A stretch of DNA of 63,414 nt, filler included, from Octopus bimaculoides (lineage: Eukaryota), in the NCBI RefSeq assembly GCF_001194135.2. It is 5 parts of 5 records of this genome, joined end to end, with 100 filler letters (N's around TTAATTAATTAA, not from the genome) between each part and the next. Parts side by side here need not be neighbours in the genome. Positions count along the whole stretch, not along the records: positions 1 to 25,908 come from NC_068986.1; positions 26,009 to 39,001 come from NC_068995.1; 3 more parts are not named here. One strand, given 5' to 3'. The notes under the pieces are model-generated. The model saw only the letters and a list, made by a program, of their open reading frames with translations. It made no database searches and was not told where the DNA came from. A program made the translations under genes and the position numbers. Below are positions 13,061 through 26,971 of this stretch, in pieces. Position 1 is the stretch's first letter. Each line of letters opens with the position of its first letter.

Positions 13061-13280
13061 TTATAAACACATACACACGTGCGCACGCATACAAGCATGT
13101 ACACGTTAAAACACATATACACTGACCAATCAGCATACACAGACGCATGCACGCATAGAGCCTTCTCTCCTCCTCCTCCTTTCCTTTTCCCTTCTCATCC
13201 GTTTTTACCACTACCCTGCAGCCTCTTTTTAATATGGCAACATCGATCACAGTTAATTGAATTGCTTGTAGCAGATGTTC

Positions 13281-13314
<34 letters not shown>

Positions 13315-13834
13315 CAAAACATAAGCACACATACATGTAAACATATACATAAATACACACACTACACATGGTCATGCGCGTACTACTGGCACATACACAG
13401 ATATTATATTTGTGTGTGAATAAGCGTGTGGATGCATATATATACATATGCGTGTTTTACATCAAAGTTTTCCCCTAAAATTGCAGGATCGCATGCATTG
13501 TCTGCAGAACTGAACTCACGCAAATGTATCAGTCATACTGGCAGCTATTGGGTGGTAATGATGGCAACGGTGAACGTGGTTCTATCTTTGAGAGCACACG
13601 TGAGTACATGTGTTATATGATTAAGTGGTTGTTCTGTATAGGTTTATGTGTATGTAGGCATGCATGTGTCTATCTGTATGTGCGTGTGTGGTCCATATAT
13701 CTAATATTTATATGACGTCAATATTATTCAGTGGAACAGAAAGCTACTTTATCAAAAACAAGCTTTTATTTTCGGGTTTAGTCTACTATTAGAACGTGTT
13801 TAACATACATATACGCATACATACTAATAAACAT

Positions 13835-13892
<58 letters not shown>

Positions 13893-14559
13893 TGCATACA
13901 CACACAGACATATGCATATATATATATCTGCACACACATATATATAATCACACACATGAATCTATGCTGAAATGCGAATGTTAATGCACACTTATGTACA
14001 TGCGTACACACGCACACATACATACTGTATTTGTATATATGCATGTATGTACATATGTTGTGTGTGCGTAACTGCATGTATGTGTGCGCATATATATATA
14101 TATATATNNNNNNNNNNNNNNNNNNNNNNNNNNNNNNNNNNNNNNNNNNNNNNNNNNNNNNNNNNNNNNNNNNNNNNNNNNNNNNNNNNNNNNNNNNNNN
14201 NNNNNNNNNNNNNNNNNNNNNNNNNNNNNNNNNNNNNNNNNNNNNNNNNNNNNNNNNNNNNNNNNNNNNNNNNNNNNNNNNNNNNNNNNNNNNNNNNNNN
14301 NNNNNNNNNNNNNNNNNNNNNNNNNNNNNNNNNNNNNNNNNNNNNNNNNNNNNNNNNNNNNNNNNNNNNNNNNNNNNNNNNNNNNNNNNNNNNNNNNNNN
14401 NNNNNNNNNNNNNNNNNNNNNNNNNNNNNNNNNNNNNNNNNNNNNNNNNNNNNNNNNNNNNNNNNNNNNNNNNNNNNNNNNNNNNNNNNNNNNNNNNNNN
14501 NNNNNNNNNNNNNNNNNNNNNNNNNNNNNNNNNNNNNNNNNNNNNNNNNNNNNNNNNNN

Positions 14560-14608
<49 letters not shown>

Positions 14609-14866
14609 CATGCATACATTATATATATGCATATACACACACACACTCACGCACACCCTCATACACACTCACACACACACTCACACATACTCTCACACGC
14701 ACTCACACACACATACTTACACATACATAGATACACACATGCGCAAACGCTACAATATGCATGAGAAAAATTCAATAGTGCACTTGGTGATGCTATTACT
14801 TTTCATGTTTTGGGCGTGATTCTTTCTCTCTCTTTCTCTTTCTCTCTTCATCTCTCTCCACTTCAC

Positions 14867-14897
<31 letters not shown>

Positions 14898-15780
14898 TCT
14901 CTCTCTCTCGCCGTCTCTCTTTGTGAATCTATCTTTCTATCTACTAACACATGTAAGGTCCCAACAGCAAAATGGTGTATTCGAGGCTTAGCACAATCAC
15001 ACACATACACACACACACATACACACATGCATACATACTTTCTCACTCTTTCTCTCTCTCTCATTGTTTCTTTTCCTCTCTCTCGCTCTCACACACATAG
15101 ACATAATCTTTTACTCTTTTATTGATTTCAGTCACTGGATCGCTGCCATGCTGGGGCATGGCCTTGAAAAGGTTAGTCGATCAATAAATTTATTTTAAAA
15201 CATTGCTACATATTCTCTATCAGTCTCCTTTTGCCGAAACACTAAGTTACAAGGGCTTAAACCAAAATCGGCTATCAAAAGGTGTCGGGGAAAACATACA
15301 AACGCACACGCGTTTGGAAAGGTGATGCATAAACAATCAGCTCTGAGTGCACAACTTATACCAGAAACAGCTATTAGCTAATGAAGTTGATAGCGTAATT
15401 CTTGTTCCTTTGATATTCATTTAATTTCATATTACGCTCTGAAGTGAAATAATGCTTTATTATGAACCATATTTATACTGAGTTCTAATACCTAACATTT
15501 TTTTTATATACCCAGGCCTATTCCCCATTTTTTTTAGGGGTGGGTAGCCACAACAAGATACACACCAGGCAATCCATTCATTTCCCAGTCATATATCACT
15601 ATATATATATATACATACAAATATTCTATAATTAGGGGTCAGCTAATTGCTTCACCACATACCGAATTTAGAAACAGGAGTTAAAACTTCCTTTTGTTCT
15701 ACCGTAAGAATCTCCCAGACAGTAACACACTTTTTAACGTAGGCAAAGAGAATAATAATATATCAATACGACTCCGATTA

Positions 15781-15841
15781 GCCACAGACGCGTTTCGAGA
15801 TTAAATTTGTTAAATTACTTACTTCTCATCATCAATGTAGC
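15781..15841 (-). ncRNA. Type I hammerhead motif with CGCG-capped stem III (C3>U)
   Basis: Minus strand reads GCTACA TTGATGA T GAGA...TCTC GAAA CGCG TC TGTGGC: stem I 6 bp with one G-U pair, GUC site. Confidence 0.72.
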
Positions 15842-16160
15842 NNNNNNNNNNNNNNNNNNNNNNNNNNNNNNNNNNNNNNNNNNNNNNNNNNNNNNNNNNN
15901 NNNNNNNNNNNNNNNNNNNNNNNNNNNNNNNNNNNNNNNNNNNNNNNNNNNNNNNNNNNNNNNNNNNNNNNNNNNNNNNNNNNNNNNNNNNNNNNNNNNN
16001 NNNNNNNNNNNNNNNNNNNNNNNNNNNNNNNNNNNNNNNNNNNNNNNNNNNNNNNNNNNNNNNNNNNNNNNNNNNNNNNNNNNNNNNNNNNNNNNNNNNN
16101 NNNNNNNNNNNNNNNNNNNNNNNNNNNNNNNNNNNNNNNNNNNNNNNNNNNNNNNNNNNN

Positions 16161-16211
<51 letters not shown>

Positions 16212-16498
16212 TACACACGGTGATGTTCCAGCATGACTGCAGCCGCATGTCCGAAACATATTAAAGGAAAAAGAATATATGTATGTATATATACACAAAC
16301 ACACGAGGGGTATCTATAAAGTTTCCACCTGCCAAATTCACTGACAAAGGCGTTGATCGGTCCTGTACTGTCGCAGAAGACACACGTCGAAGGTGCTACA
16401 CAGTGGAGATGAATCTGAAAGCACGTGCTCTCGAAGGTAACTTCTTACCACGCAGTTTTGCCTGCTCCTATACATACATACATACATACATACATCCA

Positions 16499-16531
<33 letters not shown>

Positions 16532-16604
16532 GCATACATACATACATACATACATATATGCATACATACATACATACATACATACATACATGCATGCATA
16601 TTTA

Positions 16605-16915
16605 AGGCACTCCATCGGCTATGACAACGAGTGTTCCAGTTGATCTAATCATCGGAGCAGCCTACTTCTGAAATTAACGTGTTGAGCACTCCATAGACAT
16701 GCGCAACCTTAACGTAGTTCTCAGGGAGATCCAACGAGACGCAGAATGTGACAAACCTAGCCTTTTGAATTACAGGTACGACTCATTTTTGCCAACTGAG
16801 TAGCTTGGAGTAACGTAAAATAAAGTGCCTTGTTCAAAGGCTGAACGCGCCGCCACGTATCGAACTCACGACCTTGCGATCGTGAGATGAAAACCATAAC
16901 CACGAAGCCACACAT
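16605..16915 (-). mobile_element. Degenerate SINE of the family C group
   Basis: Family C tail (GGCACTCCATCGGCTATGACAACGAGTGTTCCAGTTGATC) and a head with a CCTTGTTCAAAGG...ATCGAACTCACGACC reverse-complement block. Confidence 0.6.
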
Positions 16916-18041
16916 ATGCATACATAGAATCATACATACATACAATCATACATACATACAATCATACATACATACATGCCAATGAATCTTCATCTGAGAT
17001 TCTTTAGTTGAATAGATGCAAGAAACACGCACACGCGCACACACACACACATACAAACACGCATACACACACCACACACATACATACACACAACCCCACA
17101 CACACATAGTGAGAGCCATCTATGTTTTGTTCGAGTTATAAACTCCTATAAACGTGCTGTGTGAAGAAATACAGTTGCTTTCGAATGGATTCGAAAAATC
17201 GCAGTGGCTAACGAGAAGGTCAGATGCATTTCGGCCTTCTTAGGCCTTATCAATAAATGCAAATTGTTTAGATAAAATCTGTCGCCTCCGATATAGGAAG
17301 CAGTGAATAATATATTCAGGGCGAAAGTGAGAAAGACAGGGAGAGAGCAAGACAGAGGGGGAGAGAAAGAGAGAGAGAGAGAGAGAGAGGAAAGGAAGAA
17401 TGCGAGAGAGAGACAAAGAGAGGGAGAGAGCTGGGGAGGAGAAAGAGAAAGAAGTAGATAGGCGAATATATAGACGGATACATGATGGATGCTGGCTCAG
17501 TAATATTTGACTGTTGATTGTTAATAAGCTGAAAAGTGAAGTTGACTTTTTAGTTCAACTGACGGTTTGTAGATTTTGCCTCAGTAATCGCATTAACGTC
17601 TCTTTGCAGTTAAATGTAATGCAGAGTGATGACAATGGCACTACGCATAGACATACGTTTCACCAGACAACTTACAGAAAGACAACGTTTGTTAAAATGA
17701 TTGGCAGACGTGTTCTTTCAGGTGGTAATGATCAATTGGCTTACTGTAGTTCATTTAACATCGGAAGGCTAACAGGACCAGGTTTGAAATACAAACGCTA
17801 TTTGAGTTAAACATTTGAAAGGACAATTAATATCAATGAGAACGCCGAGAATTGACCGAAGCGTTAGTGGCTCAAACAAAATGCATTGCTATATTTAGTT
17901 TCAGTTTTTTACGTTCTGATTTCAAATCACGCTGATGTTGTCTTCGCCTTCCATCATACTGAGGTCGATAAGATAAGTATCATACAACTAATGATAGCGG
18001 TGTAATCAACTAGCCACCATCTTCACCTCATATTTCTTATT

Positions 18042-18505
18042 TCTTTATTGCCCACAAGGGGCTACACACAGAGAGGACAAACAAGGACAGACAACGGATT
18101 AAGTCGATTATATCGACCCCAGTGCGTAACTGATACTTATTTAATCGACCCCGAAAGGATGAAAGGCAAAGTCGATCTCGGCGGAATTTGAACTCAGTAC
18201 GTCACGGCAGACGAAATACCGCTAAGCATTTCGCCCGGCGTTCTAACGTTTCTGCCAGCTCGCCAGCTTCACCTCATATTTCTGGCTTTGTGCCCAGACT
18301 AGAAATGAGTAGTAACATCTATGGTGTTTAAGGTGGTGAGTTAGGAGAATCATTACCGCTCCGGGGAAAAATGCTCAGCGGCGTTTCTTCTGGCTTAAGG
18401 TTTTGAATTCATATGCCTCCGAGGTCGACTTCGCCTTTCGATTACATTGATTACATTGTAATCCACTTATTGCCTTCTCCGTTACTGGCCTTGAGTCAAA
18501 ATTTG
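18042..18505. mobile_element. Two SINE family B copies (- then +)
   Basis: ATCGACCCCGAAAGGATGAAAGGCAAAGTCGATCTCGGCGGAATTTGAACTC, followed by a diverged plus-strand copy. Confidence 0.75.
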
Positions 18506-18599
18506 AAATTAATATTCATTGGGTTTACTTTCCTGGTGTCTCATTTCAATATTACGTGTCTAATGCGACTGTCTTCAAGATTCATAAACACATTCAGTA

Positions 18600-19862
18600 C
18601 AATTTTCTGCCTGATGCCCTACCAATTGTATCTTTCTCAACATTCAATATGAATATTAAAATTTTGTTCAATTAAAGCCGTATTAACTTCGATTTGTGTT
18701 CTTTTCTCAGATCATAGTTCTCCATATATTTTACGCTCTGAAACTCTTTTCCTACGAGTATCCAGTATTTTTGACCCAAACGTCTGTTTCTGGTTCTTCT
18801 CAGTCAATGCATCATCTACATGGACTTTCTCCGGGTCGTTAAGCAGATCCATCTGGAATTTAGTTGTGATCTGAACGCCCAGGCATAACTCACCATCTGA
18901 GGAGAGAGAAAGATCTTCCCTATACGTCTTGGGGTCGTTTGAGTACATTTTTCCTTTTGGCGTTCTTCCTCTCTTTTCATCGTCAGCTACATCTTGTTAT
19001 TCATTAATGGTGGAGTGCTATAACTGAGATGGTAGCCCTCTCCCTTCCAGCTTTCTGCCTCTTGATTGCTAACAGCTAGCATCAAGGACAAGGAGAGTTT
19101 TTCAGTCATCCTTGCAATAGCTGAGAGTGATGATTTTCTGGAAACAAATTTCTGGTTTTGCTGTTGTCCGCTGCCTCTTCTTCTTCCAATAAAATCCTCA
19201 AGCAAAGAGGCCAAAGATTTCGTGATATATTTACATCGCATTCTTTTCTTTTCCGAGAATTGGCTCTTATTGCCACATGTAAAACAAATAGGTTTTGTGC
19301 CATGAACCATCAGTCGCATTAATTTCTTTTTTAACACTCCCAATGGATTACAGCTTCGAGATGGCTCTGTGCAGACCATCAGGACTTACAAAACTCTGCA
19401 GACCCCTTCCAACTACGCATTGTTCTTGGTCACCCCAACGCTCGAAATCTGCTCTAATTGTTCTGCGAGTTTGACGACGAACCAAAGGTCAACATTACGT
19501 CTTAAGTCCTTGACTGCGGTCTTTGGCTTCTTACGCTCCATATATATATATAATGGTACGAATCTGAGGGTAGCTGTGTGGTATATCAGCTCAGCCTGTT
19601 GCCTCGCCTCGTCCGCAGTCTTAATGACCAAGCACATACTTCCACATACCCTTCCTTGATCGGCGGAAACCACAATATTCCATATACCGGCTGTAGTTTC
19701 TTTCAACTGCGCCTTTGAGTGGTATAATGAAAACTCACTTTTAGAAAAGATGAAAAATGTCACTCTTCTTCTTCCAATAAAATCCTTAAGCAAAGAGGCA
19801 AAAGATTTCGTGATATATTTACATCTCATTCTTTTCTTTTCTGAGAGTTGTTCTATATTCAT
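18600..19862 (-). pseudogene. Degenerate non-LTR retrotransposon ORF1 (gag-like zinc knuckle)
   Basis: Fragments ...LMVHGTKPICFTCGNKS(H)...RKEC joined across a frameshift resemble the CX2CX4HX4C knuckle of LINE ORF1 proteins; many stops. Confidence 0.45.
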
Positions 19863-20295
19863 AATTAGCTTTTGGTTGACAACTTTGGCAAAAGATGTAC
19901 AGGCTTTTTACTTACATCATTATTGGTTGCTGTTTGTGAAAGTGTCATTTTCTCCCGTGGAGTGCAGACGTCAGTGTCGTATTTTCCTGTTTGCTTGTAG
20001 AATTTATTTATTTATTTTCGACTCAAATTTAAAGACCTGTTAAACAATTCTCGGGGTGTGTTCGTCTGACGAAAAGACACGTTACATGAGTAAACGAATA
20101 TTTATTTTCAAAACAGAACTCAGAAACATTTTCAGCGGAAAAACTATTTTTACCATCTTATGTAGGAGGAGGTGGATAATCAAATGTTCTAAAATGATAA
20201 ATATATATATAATTCATTAAATACAAATACTGTAGTTTGACTCTTCTACAGAGTTGAAGACGTCCATTCTCTTCGAAAAGCAAGAATAGTAATAA

Positions 20296-20500
20296 TCCTT
20301 TCTATTACAGGCACGAAGCCTCACATTTTGGCGAAGGGGTAAGTACATTACATCGACTATAATTCTCAACTGGTACTTATTTCATCGACCCCAAAAGGAT
20401 GATATGCCAAACTGACCTGGACGGAATTTGAACTTAGGGTGTAGAGGCGGACAAAATGCTGTTATGTCCAGTATGGTAACTATCCTGGCGACATGTCGTT

Positions 20501-20554
<54 letters not shown>

Positions 20555-20990
20555 GTTTCTGGTTTAGGCAGTGGACAGCAATTTCTGTGCGAAGTTGTTT
20601 GTTGATTGCCTTGACCCGGTAATTGATTACTGATACTCCGTCAGGGGTCAGGAGTACTTTTAACACAAGAGTACTTTCAATACAATAGAAAATTTAAGGC
20701 CTAAACAAAACACGGCATTAATCGAGGTGCACAGTGCTGCATTCTGTTGTACAGTGAAATCAAGCAATAAAGATATTACAATGGAAATATAATAATGGCT
20801 TCGAATTTAGCCACAAGGGCAGCCATTTTGGGGGAGAGGACTAGTCGATTACATCGACGCCAGTGTTTCACTGGTACTTAATTTATCAACCCCGAAAGGA
20901 TGAAAGCAAACTCGACCTCGGCAGAATTTGAACTTAGAGCGTCAAGACAGGCGAAATACCTCTAAGCATTTCGCCCGGCGTGCTAGCGAT
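20296..20990 (-). mobile_element. Two SINE family B copies flanking an (AAT)n tract
   Basis: Family B body at about 20296-20490 and 20800-20990. Confidence 0.75.
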
Positions 20991-21324
20991 GCAATGGAAA
21001 TATAATAATGGTAAACTGAGAGACGCAGGATTCAGAGCCAACGCCAAAAGATTTCTTGATTGTGATGTAAGTTGAAATCTCTTCCAGATATATCAAAATA
21101 CTTTTAATGGAAAAGAATACAAGAAGTAATTACAACATATATGACAGGGTCAGCCATTTTATGCTCAATTAAGAAACTCCACAGACCCCGAATTATGCTG
21201 AGTACGAAAAGCAAAAGTCTTGTCCCTGCTGTGCTTCCCATGCTAACACCCTAATGTTCATTCGAGTACGTAATCTTCGTTATTGCCCTTCATCTTTCAG
21301 TTAATTTACCGGAGGAAAGCACAA

Positions 21325-21668
21325 TTTCTGTTTGAAGATCTTTATACTTGCTCAGTTTTTGATAGGTCTTGACAGATACGTTTATATCGATTGGGACAGT
21401 CATATCAATGAGGAGGCATGATTTTTGTCTGAAGTCTTTCAGTATGATGTCTGGCCTATTTACATCTATCCTTCTATCAGTTTGAATGGTGAAGTTCCAG
21501 AGGAGTGAGATGTGATCATTTTCAAGTACTGGAGGTGGTTTGTGTTCCACCAGTTTTTATCATGGGGCAAGTTCAGGTTTTTGCAAATTACCCAGAGAAT
21601 ATATTGTGCAGCTCTATCATGCCTGTTGAGATACTCTGTAGGCCCAAGAAAACTGCACATGGAGACAA
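21325..21668 (-). pseudogene. R4/Dong-type LINE fragment: end of CCHC motif plus restriction-like endonuclease
   Basis: VVSMC...EYLNRHD, then LWNFTIQTDRRIDVNRPDIILKD...CLLIDMTVPIDINVSVKTYQKLSKYKDL, a PD-(D/E)xK RLE pattern; one frameshift. Confidence 0.85.
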
Positions 21669-21669
21669 C

Positions 21670-21749
<80 letters not shown>

Positions 21750-21758
21750 GTTGTTGTT

Positions 21759-22277
21759 GAGTAAGAGGGCATGCCATCAAAGTAACACTGGGGTAAAATA
21801 TACGTGTCCCAAAATACCCATCATGACTACCTGCCTGATAAGGGTACATAAGGCATATGCATCACAACCATATGTGCGCGACATGGTGATCTCATATCAA
21901 GATAAACAGCACATGACATCGCAGGTGGGGCCCAGTTAGAATTTTCTTCGGTTCGAGTAGCTCATCCCGCTGAAAAGGTCCCTGAATAAGGTTCGTTTAA
22001 GGATGTTGAACAAAACACCCATGTTTTTAGAGGTGAATTCTCCAAACCCCAAAGGATTCCTCTCAACACATGGCTATGATGCTCCCCCACTACTTCTGCT
22101 CATGATCAGAGATGCACATATCGTCAGCCACCAAGGGACATGCTCAACTGGTTAAGGTCAAACAACTGACAAGCAAATCTGCAGAATATTTACTGTAGCC
22201 CATCTTTTTATACCAAGACAAAAGATCAGTTAAGATCAGAAGCCATGGGAGCCACTGCCTGGTACTGCTTCAGGGCA
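21759..22277 (+). mobile_element. Non-coding repeat family E, about 520 bp, embedded in (ATT)n
   Basis: Aligns end to end by eye with the minus-strand copy at 26972-27529; flanked by triplet microsatellites on both sides. Confidence 0.8.
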
Positions 22278-22357
<80 letters not shown>

Positions 22358-25239
22358 TGATTTTTGAGGAGAATGGACGTCTTCAGCTCTGTAGAAGAGT
22401 CAAATTACCGTATTTGTATTAAAAAAAAAAGAAAACTCTTTTTCTTGCCAATTAGTACTTTTTAGAATATTTAATTATCTACCTCCTACTTGTGATAGCA
22501 AATTGAAAATCATTTTGAAATGATTGCTCATTTAATTGACCCTTATCAATACTTAGTATTATTTCCTCGAATATAGTCGGTCATGTTTGCTATTGACATT
22601 CTAGAGAAAGCATGGGTTGACCACCCACCCATCGCATTACCTGACTGGTAGAGGGCTCTGAGCTCCTGATAACTTTCCATACGCCTCACATCCAATCTTA
22701 AATAATGAGGACTTCAACAGAGACTCAATTGTGTTTATCATACTTCACTGCAGAGTCCACATTAATGTATATCGATGCGATCGAGATGTTATTCCAACCA
22801 ATATGTCACTCCGTCCGACTTTAGTGACCTCTCACCTTTAACCGGCTCCATAACACTGCGACACTCGCTATGAGTAGGGATAGGCTACTGATAGGACGTG
22901 GAATTTGACTTCGCAAATCCACCACCACAGACTCGTACTTTATCGACTTGTAACGATAAAAAGTAATGTTGACCTCGGCAGGATTTGAACTCAAACTATA
23001 AAGAGCTAGAACAAATATTCAAAAGATTTCTATCCAACGCCTTAATGACTCATTCACTTTGCCAATAATGATTAACAGAAAACTTAAAATAAAGTTAATT
23101 GATAACGGATGTAGCGGACAGACTGTTAGACACGTTTCTTTATGAACTGAACCAAAATATCAAAGATCGTATCTATTCGGAATATAAATATACATTGACA
23201 ACAAACACCCAGTCTGGCATGAAAATAAAATGAACACTCATTATAAAACTGATGATTAGGTTACTTAAGGAAGCTAATTAAACAAGCCTTACACCGAACT
23301 AACCGCAACGGCAATTTAGATTTTATTACATACATATGACTATTCGAAACGGAGGCATTATCCCACTGTTTTCATATATAATCACAGACAAAAGCAACTC
23401 CCACACAGTCAACATTCGAAACAGTAATTATTATAAATTGTGAGGGCCAGAGAGGTTAATTGAACGAGGTCCCTTACATCAAGGGAAAGCTTGGAGAAAT
23501 GTCACTGCATTCAATTTCGCGGTCAAATCGATAAAAGGCATCGGATAACCNNNNNNNNNNNNNNNNNNNNNNNNNNNNNNNNNNNNNNNNNNNNNNNNNN
23601 NNNNNNNNNNNNNNNNNNNNNNNNNNNNNNNNNNNNNNNNNNNNNNNNNNNNNNNNNNNNNNNNNNNNNNNNNNNNNNNNNNNNNNNNNNNNNNNNNNNN
23701 NNNNNNNNNNNNNNNNNNNNNNNNNNNNNNNNNNNNNNNNNNNNNNNNNNNNNNNNNNNNNNNNNNNNNNNNNNNNNNNNNNNNNNNNNNNNNNNNNNNN
23801 NNNNNNNNNNNNNNNNNNNNNNNNNNNNNNNNNNNNNNNNNNNNNNNNNNNNNNNNNNNNNNNNNNNNNNNNNNNNNNNNNNNNNNNNNNNNNNNNNNNN
23901 NNNNNNNNNNNNNNNNNNNNNNNNNNNNNNNNNNNNNNNNNNNNNNNNNNNNNNNNNNNNNNNNNNNNNNNNNNNNNNNNNNNNNNNNNNNNNNNNNNTA
24001 AGCTTAATGTCAGTAGCCATCCCCTAGTTTATGAAAAAAAATACAAAAATCCTTGTATAGGACTGTGCGCTTCACAGTTCGAGCGATGCGATGTTTGGCT
24101 GTTGTGCACATGCTCACATGTCCGAGATAGGAAGCTTCACGCTAAGGAGAGAGAGCACTGTCGTTCACGCAATGCCGGTGAAAGGTAGTGTTTCTTTTTG
24201 ACTCCGCGTGTGTTGTGCTTAAAAACGTGTTTATATTCTTGAATGTGATAAAATATAGAATTAGATTATTATCCTGCATCCAGCTTCAGTGTTGCTGCCA
24301 GGATTTGAAAAATAGGGCAGATTTTCCCCCTTTATTTTGTGATTTAGGGGGGATTTTTGAAAAACGAGGGGGAAGTTGCGTCGGTGTTCAATGAACAAAT
24401 TAGACACACTACTCGGTAGTAGCTAAAACGCAAACCGATTAAGTTTATGTATAAATATTCTTTTTATATGTTTGTTTCCTTTTACACAGTATCAAAATTT
24501 TCTGGCTAAAATTTTTCTGAAGCAACATCCCCACTAATTTTATCTACGAGTCGCCACTAGTCAATTCACTTTTAGGAGTCCTTTTAAGATAGTGGGTTGA
24601 CATCGAAAGGAAATTCGGCTACTATTTCTACCATGTCGAGTGATCAAGTAGTACTGGATTCGTTTCCTTTCATTTAACCCCATAAAGTACAGGGCTTTCA
24701 TGAACTAGGACAAATTATTGTTCAAGTCTTATACCAGCACAGTAACTGTAGTCTAATGTTCATAGCCCAACGCTTTAAAATCACAGTCCCAAACTTCATG
24801 AGATTTCATAAATATATTTCAGGGTGTCTCTGAACTGCGTTGGGAGTGAGGGGAAGCAAGAAGTCACTCACTTGCAACGAAAATTAAATTTTTCATACAA
24901 TAATGAATATAGCCAGCAGTAATTTATGACTCCTAGATTTCCAGACTCCTAAATATTCGTTAATACCAGTAAATCTTCGTCTTAAATGATTAAATCAACA
25001 TTAGGATGTATTAGATTACGTTGAGTACCTCAATATAAATCTTTCTATTCTTTTAATCTTTCACTAGTTTCAGTAGAATACTTCCTCCAGTCTTTATTTT
25101 AAGCTCGTACTTATTTTATCCATCACCGTTCATCGAATCATTAATTTAAGTCTCGACGTAAAGGTAGACAACTCGATTGACAGACATATACACACAGACA
25201 TATACATACACGTTTGTTCCTCTCCAGTGCCCTTGACGA

Positions 25240-25427
25240 TACTACTTTCTACTCTCTCTGTGTATATATATGGGAAATTCTGTCTGTGGGTGTGTTTGTG
25301 AGTCGTTAGCTAACTCCTCCTGCATCGTTTTATCGATTTTGATGAAACTTGACACGCGAGTAGAACTCATGTCTGGAAACCTTATGGCATACTCAGATTG
25401 TTGAAACAAATCGATAATAGGGACCCT
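25240..25427 (+). mobile_element. Possible Helitron/Helentron-like non-autonomous fragment
   Basis: TATATATA...CTGTCTGT...GTGTTTGT...CGATTTTGATGAAACTTGAC pattern recalled from DINE-1-like elements. Confidence 0.35.
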
Positions 25428-25529
25428 GCACAAGATCGTACAATAAAATCGTACAATAAAAATAGATAGATATATAAATACATTTCACGTATTTATATAT
25501 CTATATATTTTTATTGTACGAGCTTGCGC
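25428..25529. repeat. AT-rich hairpin, about 41-bp arms with 7-nt loop
   Basis: GCACAAGATCGTACAATAAAAATAGATAGATATATAAATAC pairs with GTATTTATATATCTATATATTTTTATTGTACGAGCTTGCGC; the left arm carries a 13-bp tandem duplication. Confidence 0.8.
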
Positions 25530-25908
25530 ACATAATATTTTTTATAACGGAATACACCTCATATGCGTATTGGTAAACCGTCTTTTGTTTCTCATCTTTA
25601 TATTCTTTTATTCTTTTATTCTTTTATTTGCTTCAGTCATTTGACTGCGGCCATGCTGGAACATTAACTGTAGTCGAACAAATCGACCCCAGTTTTCCTT
25701 CCAAATCGACGGCAGTTTTCCTTATAGTTTCCATCTTCCAAAGTATGTTACATGTTTTGTTTCTGTGATTTAAATTCATCATTTCTAAGAGCACATCAGA
25801 TTCTCATACCTACGTGAGATAAAAAATGGAAAAAAATAGGTTACGTACCATGTTACGATGTCGTTATAATAAAAAAATATGTGACCATATTCATCCTTAT
25901 ATATATAT

Positions 25909-26008
25909 NNNNNNNNNNNNNNNNNNNNNNNNNNNNNNNNNNNNNNNNNNNNTTAATTAATTAANNNNNNNNNNNNNNNNNNNNNNNNNNNNNNNNNNNN
26001 NNNNNNNN
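25909..26008. other. Artificial contig-join spacer
   Basis: 44 N + TTAATTAATTAA + 44 N. Confidence 0.95.
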
Positions 26009-26721
26009 GCCACCACCTCCACCATCACCCACACACACACAAAAAAAAAAGAAAGAAAAAAGGAAAAGAAAAAACCTGTCACACCACGCCCTTCAAAAGA
26101 AAACCGAAAATGTATAAAATAATACGTTTCGCATACAGAAATTAAATAAATAAGAAAAACAGAGAATCCTATTTTTAATTGGAAGGCAATATATGGATAA
26201 TATGCACAAACTAAAAGAAAACACGTCTTGGAACTCAACCGAATAATCTTATCTTTAACGATAACAATAACAGAATGCTTTTGCTACTGTTTTATCCGGC
26301 AGACAAATTCTCGATATGCAACACTTTCCTGAGAGGTTGAAAGCTTGAAAAATTTTGTGCGACGAACCGGGTCTTTTACTTGTTTCAGTCATTTGACTGC
26401 GGCCATGCTGGAGCACCACGTTTAGTTGAACGAATCGACCCCACGACTTATTCTTGTGTTGGCCTGGTAGTTCCTTGTAGGTAAGCATTGATCTTGGGCT
26501 GTTGTGATAAAACCTTCTGTTTCTGATTTTAAGCCAGAAGCCATTAGCCAGGCAGAATTTGAACTTAGAATGTAAAGATGGATGAAATAATGGTAATAAT
26601 AATAATAATAATAATGAATGTAGAGCCTAAAAACAGAAACAATCCTTATAATAATAGGAACATTAGGTATAATTTAAAAAAAACATACAGACAAATACAT
26701 AACCTAAACACCAGGATTTAC

Positions 26722-26761
<40 letters not shown>

Positions 26762-26971
26762 CATACAGGAAATAGCACTACTAGGTACTGTACACATCGT
26801 ACGTAAAGCACTTTCAATACAGTGAAGATAGCAGCACTAAAGCAAACCACAGCACAAACCCAAGGCACACAAAGATCCGCTCGTTTGTGAAAGCAGGTGA
26901 TAAAAATAAGACTACTGAATAATGATGGTGGTGATGATGATGATGATGATGATGATAATAGTAATAACAAA

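Noticed and set aside
16306-16330. Mariner-like TIR start CGAGGGGTATCTATAAAGTTT
   Set aside because: No matching second end or transposase was found.
17611-17721. Possible exon (CTCTTTGCAG acceptor, one open frame)
   Set aside because: The donor site is weak, the peptide is unrecognisable and there are no partner exons.
20066-20100. CTGACGA motif
   Set aside because: No paired stem II or GAAA follows.
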